NCBI GenBank assembly: GCA_002189035.1
Contig: NEEC01000025.1
Coordinates: forward strand, 310,001 to 374,000
Reading direction: 5' to 3'
DNA: 64,000 nt
DNA from: Utricularia gibba
Taxonomy: Eukaryota > Plantae > Magnoliophyta
Shown: piece by piece, positions 40,029-52,523 of the stretch
Layout of the letters: each line of letters opens with the position of its first letter
How positions within the stretch are numbered: position 1 is the stretch's first letter
The notes under the pieces: model-generated
Seen by the model: only the letters and a program-made list of their open reading frames with translations
Database searches by the model: none
Told to the model about the DNA's origin: nothing
Made by a program: the position numbers and the translations under genes

Positions 40029-42494
40029 TCAACACTGTGCGCCTTGACGGCAGTTGAGAGCCCCAGCTTCTGAAGTGAGGGTAGCGACTAAGGATGAGGA
40101 TCTTGCAGCGAGACTGGAGGCCCGGGCGTAGCTGGTTTTCGCTCCAAGGCCTGATGGGACGAAGTAAGCCCCGTTCAGCATCAGATCACCTTCTGATCTC
40201 CAGTTCCATTTCCTCCACTCACCTCCCCCGCCATTGACTCTATGGGTCACCTGCAAAGTTTCAAACTTTGTATAAACCCAAGTATGTTAACGTGAGAAGG
40301 GGTTAGTAAGGAGAATCTCATCTGAAACTCCTCGAACCTCCTTGGCGAAAGGGTTATATGGGGCGATAAACCGATTCCCTTGGCTGTTGATGGTGGGGTC
40401 GGCACTGCCGCCAATGGCATACATTTCCCAATGCGTATAGTCATTGTTCACCACATGGAAATGCCCATGTCTGCACCTGAAATTCATACTCACATCCCAC
40501 AGGTTAATTCCTTATTATATTCAGTAACACAAGCAAAGTTATGTGGTCATGGATCAGGGGGCTCAAGATGGATGATGACTTGACTACCTGGGCATGCGCT
40601 GTATTAGGCCCTCCCCGAAATGGTTGAGGGCAATGGTGACCTGCATACCCCTGTCTCTGGCGTAGGTGTCACTGTGTCCCAGCAGAATAACCTGCCAACC
40701 CACGAGGTCATTTTTGGATCCAAATGGAGAAGACAGCGACAATGCTGATTCTGATTTACCTCGTTGTGATGTGTGAAGTAATTGTTGGAGATTGTAATGG
40801 CTGTAGATCCCATGATTACATCGACCAGGCCATCGGCGCAGCTGGAGAATGAGTTGCGGTCGATCCAAATATGACTTGCCCCAAAGATCGAAACCGCGTC
40901 TCCATCGGACTTCGTCCTCCACCCGTAGTGAGACGGCGAGCTTCTCACCATGGCGTTACCCGTGGGCTTGCAATCATGAATGTGGAGGCCATGGATGATA
41001 ATATTGGTCACGAATTGAATCGTGATGCAGGCGCCGTTCGCGATGTGGACATTGGCTCCACGGCCGTCGATTGTCTTGAAGCTGTTCATAATCAGCTCTT
41101 GCTTCAACGTGATCACCATGTCCCTCTTAAACACAATCCAAAGAGGCGCATCTTGGATCACGGCGTGGCGGAGGGTTCCCGGCCTAGGGTTCACAGGGTC
41201 GTCGTCCCCGGGATCAGAGACCACGTAGTATCGGCCGTCGCGTCCGCCGACGGCGTTGCGCCCGAATCCGATGGAGCAATCGGCCAGTCGACGGCGGTTC
41301 CGCATCCAGTTCCGGTCGCATCGCCAGCAATCGTCGATAGGGTTCCCGGTTCCGCATGAGAAGTACCCCAGCTCCCGTCTCTCAGTCGTCTTGTTAATAC
41401 CCCTGCAAGCAACCTTAAAAACATCTCCTAAGCAATTATCCAGTTAAATTTCGTGATATCAGCAAAAACGCGTACAAAAAACCTTCCATATTTAATATAA
41501 GGATCTCCTTCCTCATACGCCGAGAATATTGATTAATAAGCGTGACAGGGGGTTTCCGGTAGGCATCAGGCCATTGCCACCGGAAGAAAGGTGAAGGCCG
41601 CCTCCCTAAAGTACATCGGCCGGACAACTAGCCGTCTGGTCCATGGTACCATTTTAACTAGGGAGGCCAGCACAACACAGGCCGTCTCGGGTTCAGCCTT
41701 GGCACAAAATGGGTGTGGCTATGGGTCCAAAACTCAAGGCATCTACGGCATTGGCACGCCCCATAAGTCCCCTTCCGGTTTTCAACCAAAATGGGGAGAG
41801 TGAGTGGATCACGGGCATAATAGGTTACAGAGGTCTCGGATTGGGCGATTTTTTCGCAAAAAAAAAAAAAAAAACGTATCCCGTGTGGGATGGGCCAGGG
41901 GCATTAAAGAAGGATGCTCGGTGACTGAAATCAAAGCTCACGGGCGCCATTTTTCTGTTCCCAGCTCTCTATAGACTTGGCTAGGCAGCAGGCAGAAAGA
42001 AGCTAATGGATTAGGGGCGGGGACACTAGGTTTAGCTCAAGTGTACGGATGCTGTTTGATTAAATGCGGGGTTTCATATTTGAATTACGAGGAAGAGGAG
42101 GAGGGACTTACGCGTCAAACATGGCGGCAGATGCTGCATACGGATCACCGGCATCGCTTCGATCGCCGAACACTGATGGTAGCCTACAGTGAAAGAAAGA
42201 ATGCATGCCGCAGTTAAGTTCCTTTACTTATACCAGCGCAGTGAACTGTACTCTGTAGGATTTTCATGAACTGGACTGAGGCGGTGAGAACCGAACCAAC
42301 GGCCGAGATTTGCGTAAATCTCGATCAGTGGCACCGCTTCCGCATCATGACATCGCGTAATGCATATGTAATAATAGCACGGGAACGCGGATTATTCGAG
42401 TAGAGAAAAAGAGAAATAACCTTTCCGCGGCATCGGCAGACATTGCGGCGGCGGAGAAGACGACGGCTAGAAACATGATCGCAGCAACCGCCAT
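40029..42494 (-). CDS. Pectate lyase (PL1)
   Basis: Signal peptide exon [20 protein letters not shown] (ATG at 42494), short exon 2, then [73 protein letters not shown] and WNWRSEGD. Confidence 0.94.
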
Positions 42495-43607
42495 GGTGGA
42501 GGAAATCTAGCCCTTGGTCTTCGTACGGAATCAAATCTCTACACGACGGCGTTTGGCATTCAAAATGCAGCGGGACAGGACGGAAGATTGCGTGTGAGCG
42601 CAGGGGGCGTAGTTACACATATATATATATGCAAGCAGAACAGGAGCCGGGAAAAAGGAGGGGTTACGCGGGGGTGCACATTTATGGCATCCTCCGGAAC
42701 CAATTTGCCTTTTTTATCAAGAGTTTGTAATAAATTCCAGAGCTGGTATGCCATTTACGTACCCGGGGCGATAAATACGAGGATCAAGATTGAATCAACC
42801 AACACTCTAAATTTCATTACTGCAGAAAGGATAGAATTCACGTAGCGAGAGAGATAGACATACACACGCACATATGGGTGCACGTGATCGGAAGGAATGA
42901 CAATACAGTGCATGTGCCCTGTGGGTAGGACTTTTTTGCTGATTAAGTAAAAGTTGGAATAGATGCGCTTGTGTTAATGTGAACGGCTCCCAAATGTCGC
43001 AATTTTATATCCATCGGCTTTGCTTTGGGGATGTTTTACTTTATGGTAATGGATGATGATCAGGCAAAGATGTGATGTCACCTTTTGTATACTTACATTT
43101 CATCTTTTCAGGTTTGCCGGTGAAGATTCTTTTTGGAGTGTCGTCACATGCTCTCTGCTGAATAAGATCTCACCTGGATTTCATCGTCGTGGTCCATGGG
43201 CTCCATTCAGGGGGTCTGGCAAACTGTGGATGCATAGCAATGTATTTTGCATGCAAAGAGAGCTATCTCGACTGAGAAGCTTCTCCTGGAACAGCCAACA
43301 GTAACCCGGCGGGCAGGGGATTCAGTAAAACCTGGAAATGAGGTCATACTAGAAGTCGCACTATGCAAAGTAATCAGCAAAAATGGCCTGAGGTCTTTGA
43401 AACTGACATGCAGACACACGAATTCAGTATCCAACATATTTACTTGTTCAGGCACAAGAAACAGGATATGCGCAACTAAATAACTAACAACAATAGTCGG
43501 ACACGGATCCAGTTGAGATGCGTGCGGTAAAGGAATCATCACAAGACATCTATTTGATGTACCATGCACCCAAAGAATATAGTGGAGTAGGTTGAATATC
43601 ATCACCT

Positions 43608-46600
43608 CTATGAAAGCCCAAAGCACCTCATAAGGGAGAACGGCCTGTGTTCTCTATGTTTGGTCTTGGTCTCAACATTCTTATACGGGAGATGTTTAAG
43701 GAAGGCATTCACAGCTCCTGTCACCCCGTCTTCATTTTCCATCGCCTTTGAGAGTTCAACTGCACGCTCTTTCACCTGCATCATATATCAATCAGGAGAC
43801 GGGATTCGCCAATCAAATGCCCCTATGCACTAGTCAAAAGAGAGCGGAGCCACAAATATCACCTGAGGGTCCAGCATGAAGTAAATTGCATCAACCAACG
43901 CTTCAAGTGAAAATTGATCAATGTGAATCGGTGGTGGACCAACACCTCTTGCATAGACTCTTTCTCCCCAAAAGGGCTGGTCTCCAAAAAAAGGAATGAC
44001 CGTCGTCGGGCACTGTCCGAAGAATGAAATTATGAGGTCCCAAACGACATGCATAGGTATTGATCTACGTTCATGCGTTGAGCACAAAAGAATAGGAATA
44101 AAAAGTGCCCCAAATCAGCTTCATTGTGAATTATTACCGCAGCTCTAAGACCAGCAGCAGTTGTCCCTGCACCACCATGGTGGACCTGAAAACAAATTGA
44201 TAAGCAACAATAATATCACTGCAGCATTGTATAGTATCCAAAAAAAAAAACATATAATTCCTAACCACTGCAGCGCATTGCAAGAAAAGCCAATCATGAG
44301 GACAGTTATCCAGCAGATATATAGAGTCCTTGCCTTCTGCCACTGATGAAACCAATACAATTTTTGGATGCATCAATATGACAAGAAAGTTATGCCATAA
44401 AATATGAACTTTTTTTTTGATAAAATCAAGAGGGAAACATGAACTTACAGTCTCCAAGGCCACCCCACCCCTTGTTAATAATTCCTCTTTGTTTAGTTAT
44501 TTCCAAGGCTTCAACAATTATGTGTGTCATCTTGTCAGGCTCTTGAACAGGCTGCCATTGAAATAAAAAAACAGAGAAAAATATAAAAGGAAGAAGACGC
44601 TAAAATAAGGCCCAGAAAGAAGTGCGCAAGGACGCTGAAATGGTGAGGAAAGCAATGGGTTTTTTTTCCGAAGATCAGATAAGCCACATACACAATTTAT
44701 CATGAACTATCTTCTGAGATACTCACAAGACTGCCAAAGCCAATATATACTGGCTTAGGACCGGCTTTAAGCCAGTTTACAAGTGAATCAGGTGGCTGAT
44801 AATTTGATGCAAGATCCAGAAAACAAAATCCAACTACATCAACTTTTGGTCCCCAGTCTGAAAGAATTTTGTAAATGAACATTATTAGGGAATGGAGATT
44901 AGGACCACAAAAGAATTCTCTCATTAAGAATAGCGCATTCCAGATGTGTTTAGGATTCCACATATGAAGATTGATCATAGAAAAACCAAGGCACCTTTTG
45001 GCTTAGGAACGAGGTGAGGACTCCAGATATATCCATGGGGTATATCTGATTCAGAACCCTGCGCACCACTCAAATAAGTGACTGGCCGTAGCTTCAGCTT
45101 CTTTTTCCTCATATCATTTACGATATCTCTGATACCCAGCCAAATAAATGAGTCAACAATCTGATATGACAACTGCAAAACCATTCAAAGAATCAGAGGC
45201 AAACTCACTCATCCGCCCCAAAATATAAATAATCTAAGAGCTTCATTCCTTCTGCTTTTCGGAAAAAAAATTATTGAGACTCACTCTATATCCAGCTGGT
45301 TGCTTTACACGAGACAGCGGGTGCGGAAACTCACTGGTTGGTCTGGCACCAAAAAAAAAAAAAAAAAAAACTTAGAAGACCATCAACCACACTAAAATAA
45401 GGGGACAGTTATAGATATCATAGACTCCCCCGCCCCAAACAAAACATCATGTTGAAACTCACGTCCATGGCATGGTAAAAAATATATGAATTGGAATCTT
45501 CAAAGCCTCTGCAACATGTGTGTGCCCTGCAAACAATCCAGATAAAGAATAATACACAAATAAAAGAAAAAAAAATTGTCCAGGGAAATCAAAGAAAAAT
45601 ATAAGAATAGTCTAACCATATGCGGGAGGATTAGCAATTATTGCATCTGCATTGAAAGCAATTCCCGTGTCAATGTCACGCTCTTTACATGCTGGGAGAA
45701 GTGAATATACTATTTCCTTTATTTGATTCCTTTGTATCGGAATTTCTGATGGCCCTGATGGTAGGAAACCTTTGTTTTTCACCATATCTACACAAAAAGA
45801 AGCATGGCATGTCTATCATTTTGCATCGTATCCGGGAAATAAAATTTCAAAAGAAATCTTATGCATGATATCAATGGTCTAATATTCAAAAAAAAAAAAA
45901 AATACTGACAACGGTATACAAAAGTGGACTACAGCATCAGGTCTTGTATCTTATGGATCCTTTCAACGGGACAAAAACCATAAAATAGAGAAATCAGAAG
46001 AAAAAATCACTACCAAGTGAAACCAGCGCACATTGATTTTAACATCCAACAAAAATTAGAAAGAAACTTTACATCCAGCAAGAACTTTTGGATCCCCGCC
46101 GAGTGGATAGAATTCCAGCCCAGAAGACAATACAAATTCCTTGAAGTTGGAGTGAGTAGCCAGTCGAATACGATGTCCATATTCCTGCACTCAAGCATCT
46201 GCATCAACAGTCTCAAGGGGAACAAACAGATGGAAAGGCGAAAAACATGCAGAAAGTTGAGCCATACTAATTTCGTATCCTTTTAGAAGTCACACTATGA
46301 ATTATACTTTCTAACATTATTAGTGTACATTTCCTACAGCTGGTGCCAGACCTGCAGTCGCTTCCCAATGGCAACGAAAGGCTGTACATCTCCACGTGTT
46401 CCAACAATAAGCATCACAATTTGCAGTGGAGGGATATTTTGTAGCTCTACAGCATTTAGGGGCTCATCATCAACCCTGCTCAAAGGGCTAACAGAAACAA
46501 TTGGAATTGTTTGAGGCGCAACATCTCCTGGAACATCAAATTCTACAGTTCCATCGTCCTTGACTGTAGCAATTCTGTTCAACAATTTGAGCTGCAGTAT

Positions 46601-47313
46601 TACAAATATTTAACGAAAAACCCAGCATGGCCTCGGTGACGCCGTCTTCAAATCATATCGCACTATGATTACAAGATCTCCCAAAATGTTGTAATGCAAA
46701 TCCAAATTACAAAAATGCACAATATAAAGCACCATGTGGATGTATCTAGACAAGTTGGAACTGAGAGCAACCGTGAAGAAGAAGTCAGAAGGCAGGAAGT
46801 TAATATGATAGACTTGCTTGGTCACTCAACTAGTCCAGTAAGAAGCTCTATTTTACTTGAAAACACGTCTATTTTACCTTCTCCTGCGCGGGAATTCGAT
46901 CATCAAAAATCTGTGCCGCCTCTTCGGGAAGTATATGACGACGCTTTGGCCCCTCGGTCTTCGACCGTTCCAACCCTTTAGGAACTTCCAATTCCGAGTT
47001 TACAGCCTCCAACGGCATGGTGTGAATTCTAGAAAAGATCGCCTCATCATGTCCTGCCGATCAATCACAATAACCCATTATAAGTTTGAAATTCCACAGT
47101 AACTATGAAGAATTCTATCAAGCGCTGATCCAAAGTAAAATTAACTAAATTCCGACACAGAAACATCAACTCACTTGGATTGCTGCTAACAGCGCCGCCA
47201 TTGGAGAGTGCGATAACTTCGCAAGTACTACTTTCGAGGCGACCATCTTCGTTGATGGTAACCGAGTCCTCTCCGGAACTATTTCCAGAGGTTGCATCGG
47301 CCAAATCCGGCAT
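43608..47313 (-). CDS. UGT80A2: Sterol 3-beta-glucosyltransferase UGT80A2-like, about 14 exons
   Basis: PPLQIVMLIVGTRGDVQPFVA, GHRIRLATHSNFKEF, IIANPPAYGHTHVAE, DWGPKVDVVGF, PVYIGFGSL, VHHGGAGTT and FFGDQPFWG. Ends FSLMRCFGLS* (TAG at 43608-43610). Confidence 0.94.
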
Positions 47314-47785
47314 TGGAGGCGCGTGATCGAAATCTGCCTTTGCCTTTTGCAGCCTTGTTGTGGAGGTTAGAATATTTGATAACTGCACATTGTTTTAATA
47401 TGCCGTAACGAAGTGGTAACTGGCGCCATCTTTGCATTGGCTCCACGCGAGTTGTTTCGCGCGTGCTTCATCGCGGTTGGTGTCGGTTACGCGCACTCAA
47501 AACTCTCAAAGAACGCGCGTGGTGTTTCCCTTCCAACACCTGGCACCTTAATGTCTTCGACACTAGTCAGCATCAAAAAACTGCCCTCTCAAAATCAAGA
47601 AAATTAATTAATTAAACTGAATTAGTCTACTTGAAACTTAATTAGTGGTGGAGATTTGTTCCAGGGATTCTAAATTTATACTATTTCTTTTTTTAAAAAA
47701 ATTATTTTTTCAGAATTTTTAAAAACCCTATTTATTCCTTGCCAATAGAGCCTTCGGAGTCCCATCTTCATACTTCGTTGTCCGT

Positions 47786-47794
47786 CTAGGGTTT
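47786..47794. promoter_or_regulatory. Telo-box in Alba leader
   Basis: CTAGGGTTT (reverse of AAACCCTAG) 20 nt upstream of the Alba ATG. Confidence 0.55.
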
Positions 47795-47814
47795 TGCGTG
47801 TTTTCAGTTCGGGA

Positions 47815-49549
47815 ATGGATAGGTATCAGAAAGTGGAGAAGCCGAAGCCTGAATCGCCGGTGAATGAGAATGAGATCCGCATCACTTCTCAGGGCATCGT
47901 TCGCAATTACATTAGCTATGCCACCACCCTTCTTCAGGTATCTCCTCTTACGTTTTCTCAACTCGTGTTTCATATGACTAAGGAATTTCTCTCGCGTACA
48001 AGCGCTGTGACATGCGTTTTGGTTTCCTGTATTTGCTTGTTTTGTTTTTGTTTTCACGGTTATTCGATTTGGAACCATTTTTCTGCTTGTGGATTTTTTA
48101 TGTGCCAGGCCTGCTTTTCGAGGGATTTGATTTGTCTATCTTGATTAGTTTTTCCTGCTGTCGTTCGATTTTGTTGCTGTTGTGTCGAAGGTCGCGCTTA
48201 GTGCATGCGCTGTATTGAGTTGCTCGATTTCCAAGTTGCTGCGCTTCGAAGCCGTTATCGTTTAACATTGGCTTTGTCTTTTTTTCCAGACACGAATGCC
48301 TTTATTGTTCATGTTAAGATTCATGTCTTTCACAGGAGAGACGAGTCAAAGAGATTGTACTTAAAGCGATGGGATTGGCAATAAGCAAGGCTGTGGCAGT
48401 CGCCGAGATCATAAAGGTTGCCTCCGAACTTTCTTCAGGCCTGTATTTTTTGATACATTTTGGGTGAAATGTTTTTTATATCTTGGAAAAATAGAAAAGA
48501 CAGCCCCGACTGCACCAGGACACTGCTATCAGTTCAGTGAGCATAACGGATACATTTGAACCGATTGAGGAAGGCCTTCAGATGTAAGTTACCGGTTTCG
48601 CCCCCTTGAACCGATTGAGGAAGTTTTTGAATCATCATTTTTGTGTCTCACTGGAGTTTACATACAATGCAGCGTGGAGCAGACGCGGCATGTATCCATG
48701 ATATCAATCACGTTGTCTAATGGAGAGCTAAACAAAAACTCCCCTGGGTATTATTTCTGCTAAGTTGGCAATGGGACTATATGTGAAAACGTAGCTTACT
48801 TCACTATGTCTTTTATGGTATTTTATTCAGGTATCAAGCACCATCTGAAGTCGACCAAGTGAGACAGCAGTACAGCTATCAGCCACGAGAGCAGCAACCC
48901 TCTAGGCAAACAGGGAACTTTTACAACGGGGGTCCAGTAGGTAAGTGTGTCTAATCTGGATTCAAGTTGACTGGTATTTGACTTTATATGGCCACTGAAT
49001 TTCGAAAAATATGTTAAGACAATTATGCAAGAGGAAGAGGCCGTGGCAGAGGTAGGGGAAGAGGTTGGAATAGAGGTGGATACACCAACTACCAAGGTTA
49101 GCTTCTTTAGCTCTCTACTTACTGTATAGCTGAACAAAGTCTTTTGTCTTTCAAATTCTTATCATACGATGGCTACTTAACTCGTCTATCTGCAGATGAT
49201 GGCATGTATTCCGGTGGTGGCTATGCTGGAGGCGGCTACAACGGAGGCTATTCTGGTGGCTATCCTAACCGGGGCCGGGGAGGTGGACGCGGAAACTGGG
49301 GATATCGAGGTATGTTTTCTACAAAATTTCCAGTGGAACTGGTCGGTTGCACTGCATTGTATTCTTAAATAAAGTTATAAGAGTGTGAAACCCGTGCCCT
49401 TGTTTTCGACTCGTTGAAGGTGGCTATGGTTATGGCGGTTACGGAGGAAGCAGAGGCGGCGGTGGTGGTGGAAGAGGCTACAGCCAGGGGCGTGGGCGGA
49501 CAGGCGGCAGAGGCTACAACAACCGGGCTCTGGTAATGATCAAGCGTAG
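47815..49549 (+). CDS. Alba/Rpp25-like RNA-binding protein with RGG tail
   Basis: MDRYQKVEKPKPESPVNENEIRITSQG..RNYISYA, EIVLKAMG.AISKAV.VAEIIK, TRHVSMISITLS, and an RGG/YGG tail. The terminal GSGNDQA* (stop 49547-49549) lies one base out of frame; without a correction the stop is at 49584-49586. Confidence 0.9.
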
Positions 49550-50201
49550 TTTTCTCTGGTTTCAAACGTTGTCATGCGTCAGTTAATGCTCTGTTGAAGG
49601 TTTGTTCATTACTCTAGAGAAACTATGCGGGCATCTGTTTGTTTTTTTCCATACCATTGGACTGCGACATATATGTGGTTAGTTAGCTCCAAGGTGAATC
49701 ATCGATAGCCATGCCTTTTGGATAGTTAAATTGATTATGTATTTGAATTATTTATATTTAAGTAAATATATGTTATGCTGTTAAAATTGAAAATTTGTTT
49801 GATATTGTATTTAAAATGATATATGTTTAATAGGTATATTTAAAATAATAAAATATAAAAAATTGCTTATCAAGGAAAACTTATACAAGAGGTAGGTGTG
49901 ATAATGTTATTACATGTGTTGTAAATTAATAAGGTACATGTACCTTATTTACAAAAGATGTGTATTTAAGTATTTAAATATCCCTACCAATCATCCGATG
50001 ATTCATTTCCGAAATATTATTATGCCGTTACTTAGGAGGTGGGACAAATCGACTTCGCTGACGGAAAAGAGAACACAACGTCAGTCAATCTTCATATTCC
50101 GGAACCACTAAAATACCATAGAAAAATGTAGGGGACACAAAAGGGGAAGGACGCCAAATACGTTTTTCAGGGCAGAAGGAACTGCATAGAAATACATACC
50201 T

Positions 50202-51705
50202 TCATGCTCTGGAACCACATCTAAACCCGCCACAGGCTGATAAGATGATGATAAGGATCAGCGCCACGATGATTGCGAGGACTATTAGCTTTACCTTCAT
50301 GTTCTGGAACCACATCTTCCTTCTCATCTGAGTCCCTTGAGTCCTGAAGTCTTGTGCCTGTTCAAATGTGCACAAGGCGCGGGTGTGAGAGACGATAACA
50401 CACAGTGCAACATAAACAAAAAATTTCTTGATGCTTGTTCCGTATCATGCTGAATACAAATTTAACTGATCCTTGCCAGTAACATTCTAAAAACGATCCC
50501 AACTGGTTTATTGGAATACCAGATGTGGGGAACAAGAACAAGTAACAACATCCCATGAGTATAGAGGGTGACTAGAGATTCGGGTAGTGATTACAGACCT
50601 GGGATCGAAGGTTCTCAGTTCTGTCCACCAGAATCTCAATTTTCTCCCCACGGTCAAGGACCTGTCAGGCAAATCATCAATGGAGCAAAATGTTCGAAGG
50701 CTAAATTTAAAGAACACAATAATGGAGAGGAGCAAGTTACTGGTTACCTTTTCAATGTTTTCCATCATCACCCCTTTAACTTCAGAAACCTGAGCTTTTA
50801 CCTTAGCAATCTTACTTATCTCCTCAGGATGATCCACACAGTACTGCATCTGCTCCCTCAACTTCGGCCTGTACTACCATAAAATGTTAGTTAAGCCTTG
50901 GAAAGAAAGAAGACGATTGCATAGAGGGGCAAAGAAGAATGTTACCCAAACTCCCTATTCAAGCTGTTCGCAGTGGCGGTAGCAGCCTTTCCCCCGGCGT
51001 ACTTGGTAGTAAATTCTTCCTTGATTCGCTCAAGAAATGCTATGGGAAGTTGCCTTCCTATCGACTCAACGGCCACAACACAGTATGCTGCCGCAGTAAA
51101 TACATAACGTTATGTGAAGAAGAAAAGTTCGTTATGTAATGGACAAGCCCCAGGCACCCCATCTACCGCAAAAATTAGATTCGACAAAACCGCCCAGTTA
51201 AAAGCCAACAAAGAGAATCAAACAGAAATCAGTAGTTGACCCAACAGAAAATCAAAACTAATAGATCGTTAAACCAGAACTAGTAACGCTCAAGGCATCG
51301 GAAACCGAAGCTAATACAATATAAAGAACATAATAAACAGAGAAGATAGCTAGCCGATGGTCGAACTAAGATCCGATCTCAATCAATTCCAAGACGCAAA
51401 AATCCAGAAGCATAATCCACAACCGCGTAACAACGACAATCAAACAAAAAGAAATCAAAGCAGAACCCTACCAAACACACGAGCTAAACATCATAAACAG
51501 GGAGGCAGTGCTTACTAAACCCATCATCAACGAGGTAGTTGAAGGTGTGACCATCGCAGTTATACGTGAATTTGCTGCTGGTGGCGGGGAGCTTCTGTAG
51601 ACACTGCGCTGCGATTCCGGTGAAGTTGCCGCTGAACTCCGTGTACTCCGCCAGGATCACGGTCCCGCGCGCGACAAAGCTGTAGATCAACGATTTCTGC
51701 GCCAT
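50202..51705 (-). CDS. VAMP72: R-SNARE VAMP72 (VAMP721/722-like): longin + SNARE + TM, 5 exons
   Basis: [70 protein letters not shown]|VLDRGEKIE, and [29 protein letters not shown]. Confidence 0.96.
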
Positions 51706-52523
51706 TTTCTCCACCTATTTCTGCTCTAGATAAACCCTAGGATTCGAGGCAAAATCCAGTTACCGCCAACCGAGAGAGGAACGATGAAACGGAGAATTGT
51801 AGTTGAGCGGAGAAGAATCTGAAGAAGGTCAAGGAGAAAAGGGGCAGGCTTAAGTGAACCGCGGAGACTTGTCTCCCTCTCTCAGCGTTGTACGCTGGCT
51901 TATTGGGAAAAGTCTAAATTGCCCTAAAGCTTCCAGAAGGCAGGAAGGGCATGAAACAGAAATAAGAAAAGGGGAAGGGGGTCAGGGAGTTTCGAAGTCT
52001 CTCCAGGGCTTGAGACCTACGCGCACACCAATCTTAAGCGAGAACCACTACAAAACATCAGACCTTATCCGCTCAAGTTCCGAAGAGGAAAGCGAGGTTT
52101 GCGTTTGACTTCCGTTTGCGCGGATGTTTTCATTATACTTGGGAGTTGCCTGTTGGAATCCCTCTGAAACTGTGGTTCCTTTTTAGGATGCGGGCCTCTT
52201 TGTAGTTGCATTCTAGATTTTCAATTTTGATTTCTAATATGAGCTGAATGCTACAGATGCTGTAATGACGCGCGTTTTTGTCGGTTTTGCTAGTGTTTGG
52301 GTTCTACTTTATTTTTCATATCCCGTATGATATTGACGTAATTGTGTCCTCTACGGTTACTGCGTCGTAGTCTTTTGGATTTTTCGCTTTTTGATGATCC
52401 ATTTGCGTTTTCTTAGGATTCATAGAGTGGTGTTTTGGTGTTCTGGCATGCTGCATTGATCGTAATAGGATATTGGACCTGCTCTGTGATAAAGCATATT
52501 CATGAGTGCGCGGTGATATTGCC

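Noticed and set aside
40871-41359. 162-aa plus-strand ORF
   Set aside because: Antisense shadow of the GC-rich pectate lyase exon, with no recognisable motif.
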